IMG/VR virus record: IMGVR_UViG_3300045116_000678
Span: 1-64,000 of that record
DNA length: 64,000 nucleotides
From: a virus
Reading direction: 5' to 3' (one strand)
In this document: in pieces, positions 62,802-64,000 of the stretch
Layout: the number at the start of each line of letters is the position of its first letter
Numbering within the stretch: position 1 is the stretch's first letter
The notes under the pieces: generated by a model
Databases searched by the model: none
What the model saw: only the letters and a program-made list of their open reading frames with translations
Told to the model about the DNA's origin: nothing
Program-made: the position numbers and the translations under genes

Positions 62802-63917
62802 ATGTGCTCCATGGGGCGACGCCGAAAGTTCGATGACGGACTCGAGCCGCGGGTCTACCTGAACCACGGCGCCTACTACTACGTCCACCAGAACGGCAAG
62901 TGGGAGCGGCTGGGCACCGACAAGGACGAGGCCAACCGCAAGGCCCGGATCCACAACGACCCGGGCAGCCTGTACGGCACGATGGTCTACTGGCTCGACC
63001 AGTTCCTGCTGCACTGCGAGGAGCGCGTGCGGCGCAAGACCATGAGCCAGCGCACGCTGGACGATTACCGGGACGCCATCCTGCCGCCGACCGAGACGCG
63101 GGCCAGGGGCGCCCTGCGGGTCTACTTCCCGCCGCCGCTGGCGCCGCAGCAGGTCACCCCCGCCATGGTGCAGAACTTCCTGGCCACCATGGCCGAGCTG
63201 GGCCGCCCCACCCCTGCCAACCGCGAGCGCGCCTGCCTTTCCGCGTGCTTCGGCTGGCTGCTGCGCACGGGCAAAGTGCCAGGGCTGGCCAGCAATCCGT
63301 GCCTGCGCTCGGCGGGCGTGCAGCGCAACGCCGAGAAGCGGCGCGCGCGCTACGTCACGCACGACGAGTTCCGCGAGGTATACGCCGTCGCCGGCGCCAG
63401 CGAGCGCCTGATGATGGAGCTGACGTACCGCACTCTGCAGCGCCCGGAAAGCGACATCGTTCTGTGGACATCGGCCAACCTGGTGATGGAGGCTGGCCGG
63501 CGCGTGCTGGTGCACGTCCAGAACAAGACCGGCACCGAGATCCGCATCGCCCTGCCCGACAGCGTCAACGCGCTGCTGGACCGCGCCCTGGGCACCGAGG
63601 CCAACGTCGTGCGGCTGCGGCAGCCGCTGGTGCAGCGCCTGGACGGCGAGAACTACACGTACGACGGCCTCAGCTCGATGCTGCGCCGGTCGATCGCCGT
63701 GGCCAACGAGCGGCGCCTGGCGCGCAAGCTCCCGCCCATGGCGTCCTTCGGCTTCCGCGACCTGAAGGGCAAGGGGGCCACCGACATGTGGCTGGCGGGC
63801 GTGCCGATCGAGCGCATCCAGCTGCTCTGCGGCCACAAGTCGAAGACCACCACCGAGGTCTACATCAAGCAGCGCTGGCGCGAGACGGCCCAGCCCAACA
63901 TGGTCGAAGTCGGGTAG
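62802..63917 (+). CDS. int: Tyrosine integrase
   Basis: LQRPESDI (R), QNKTG (K), FRDLKGKG, LCGH, TTEVY (Y). Confidence 0.92.
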   Translation: MCSMGRRRKFDDGLEPRVYLNHGAYYYVHQNGKWERLGTDKDEANRKARIHNDPGSLYGTMVYWLDQFLLHCEERVRRKTMSQRTLDDYRDAILPPTETRARGALRVYFPPPLAPQQVTPAMVQNFLATMAELGRPTPANRERACLSACFGWLLRTGKVPGLASNPCLRSAGVQRNAEKRRARYVTHDEFREVYAVAGASERLMMELTYRTLQRPESDIVLWTSANLVMEAGRRVLVHVQNKTGTEIRIALPDSVNALLDRALGTEANVVRLRQPLVQRLDGENYTYDGLSSMLRRSIAVANERRLARKLPPMASFGFRDLKGKGATDMWLAGVPIERIQLLCGHKSKTTTEVYIKQRWRETAQPNMVEVG

Positions 63918-64000
63918 CCTGCGCTGCCAAATATCCAGTGGTTTCGCACCCGGAATTGCACAAAAAATGTGCAGAAATGGGCCTCCGATCTGCTTCCAGT

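Larger units (their letters stand above)
1..63917. mobile_element. Temperate prophage, podovirus-like, apparently near-complete; att sites not identified
   Basis: Integrase, CI/Cro, replication, terminase, portal, capsid, tail and lysis modules in canonical order. Confidence 0.95.

Noticed and set aside
63750-63790. Integrase H-x-x-R box reads RDLK, suggesting inactivation
   Set aside because: The other catalytic residues (R, K, H, Y) are intact, and such variants are plausible in this integrase group; no evidence of inactivation.
1-64000. CRISPR array or cas genes
   Set aside because: No regularly spaced direct repeats; the 14-bp motif is dispersed and promoter-like.
63918-64000. att site downstream of the integrase (TGCACA-AAAAA-TGTGCA inverted repeat)
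   Set aside because: No matching direct repeat or tRNA 3' end was found at the other end; the att cores probably lie outside the window.

Overview
The window is almost entirely one ~64 kb temperate prophage in a high-GC host (probably Betaproteobacteria/Comamonadaceae; inference). The morphogenesis genes look podovirus-like: TerS/TerL, portal, scaffold, N4-gp56-type capsid, adaptor/nozzle, ejection proteins and no tape measure. Layout from the right end: integrase and DUF4224 excisionase; early-left recombination arm (ERF, YqaJ exonuclease, KTSC, RdgC); CI/Cro switch with TAGC-N4-GCTA operators; early-right arm (CII-like, two DNA methyltransferases, PAPS-reductase family, replication initiator, RusA/NinB, SNF2 helicase); tRNA/ncRNA cluster; late structural and lysis genes on the minus strand; SOS-linked accessory genes (SRAP) at the left end. 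Most notable observations: (1) an opposite-strand moron (19047..19661) encodes a 3-TM membrane protein fused to a ~45%-identical copy of a domain of the phage's own scaffolding protein, beside a RosmerTA-like module; it is a candidate head-assembly decoy or sensor defence. (2) Nine copies of a late-promoter motif (CCCCTnTAGGGTTC) each have an nAnnnT -10 hexamer exactly 21 nt downstream, implying several leaderless late mRNAs. (3) Two late-promoter-driven structured ncRNA units are present: an array of tRNAs plus tRNA-like elements, and a ~250-nt hairpin RNA ending in an anti-Shine-Dalgarno toxic-sRNA-like module. (4) A 2814-aa polyvalent ejection protein. All product calls are from motif recognition and synteny by eye; no database searches were run.
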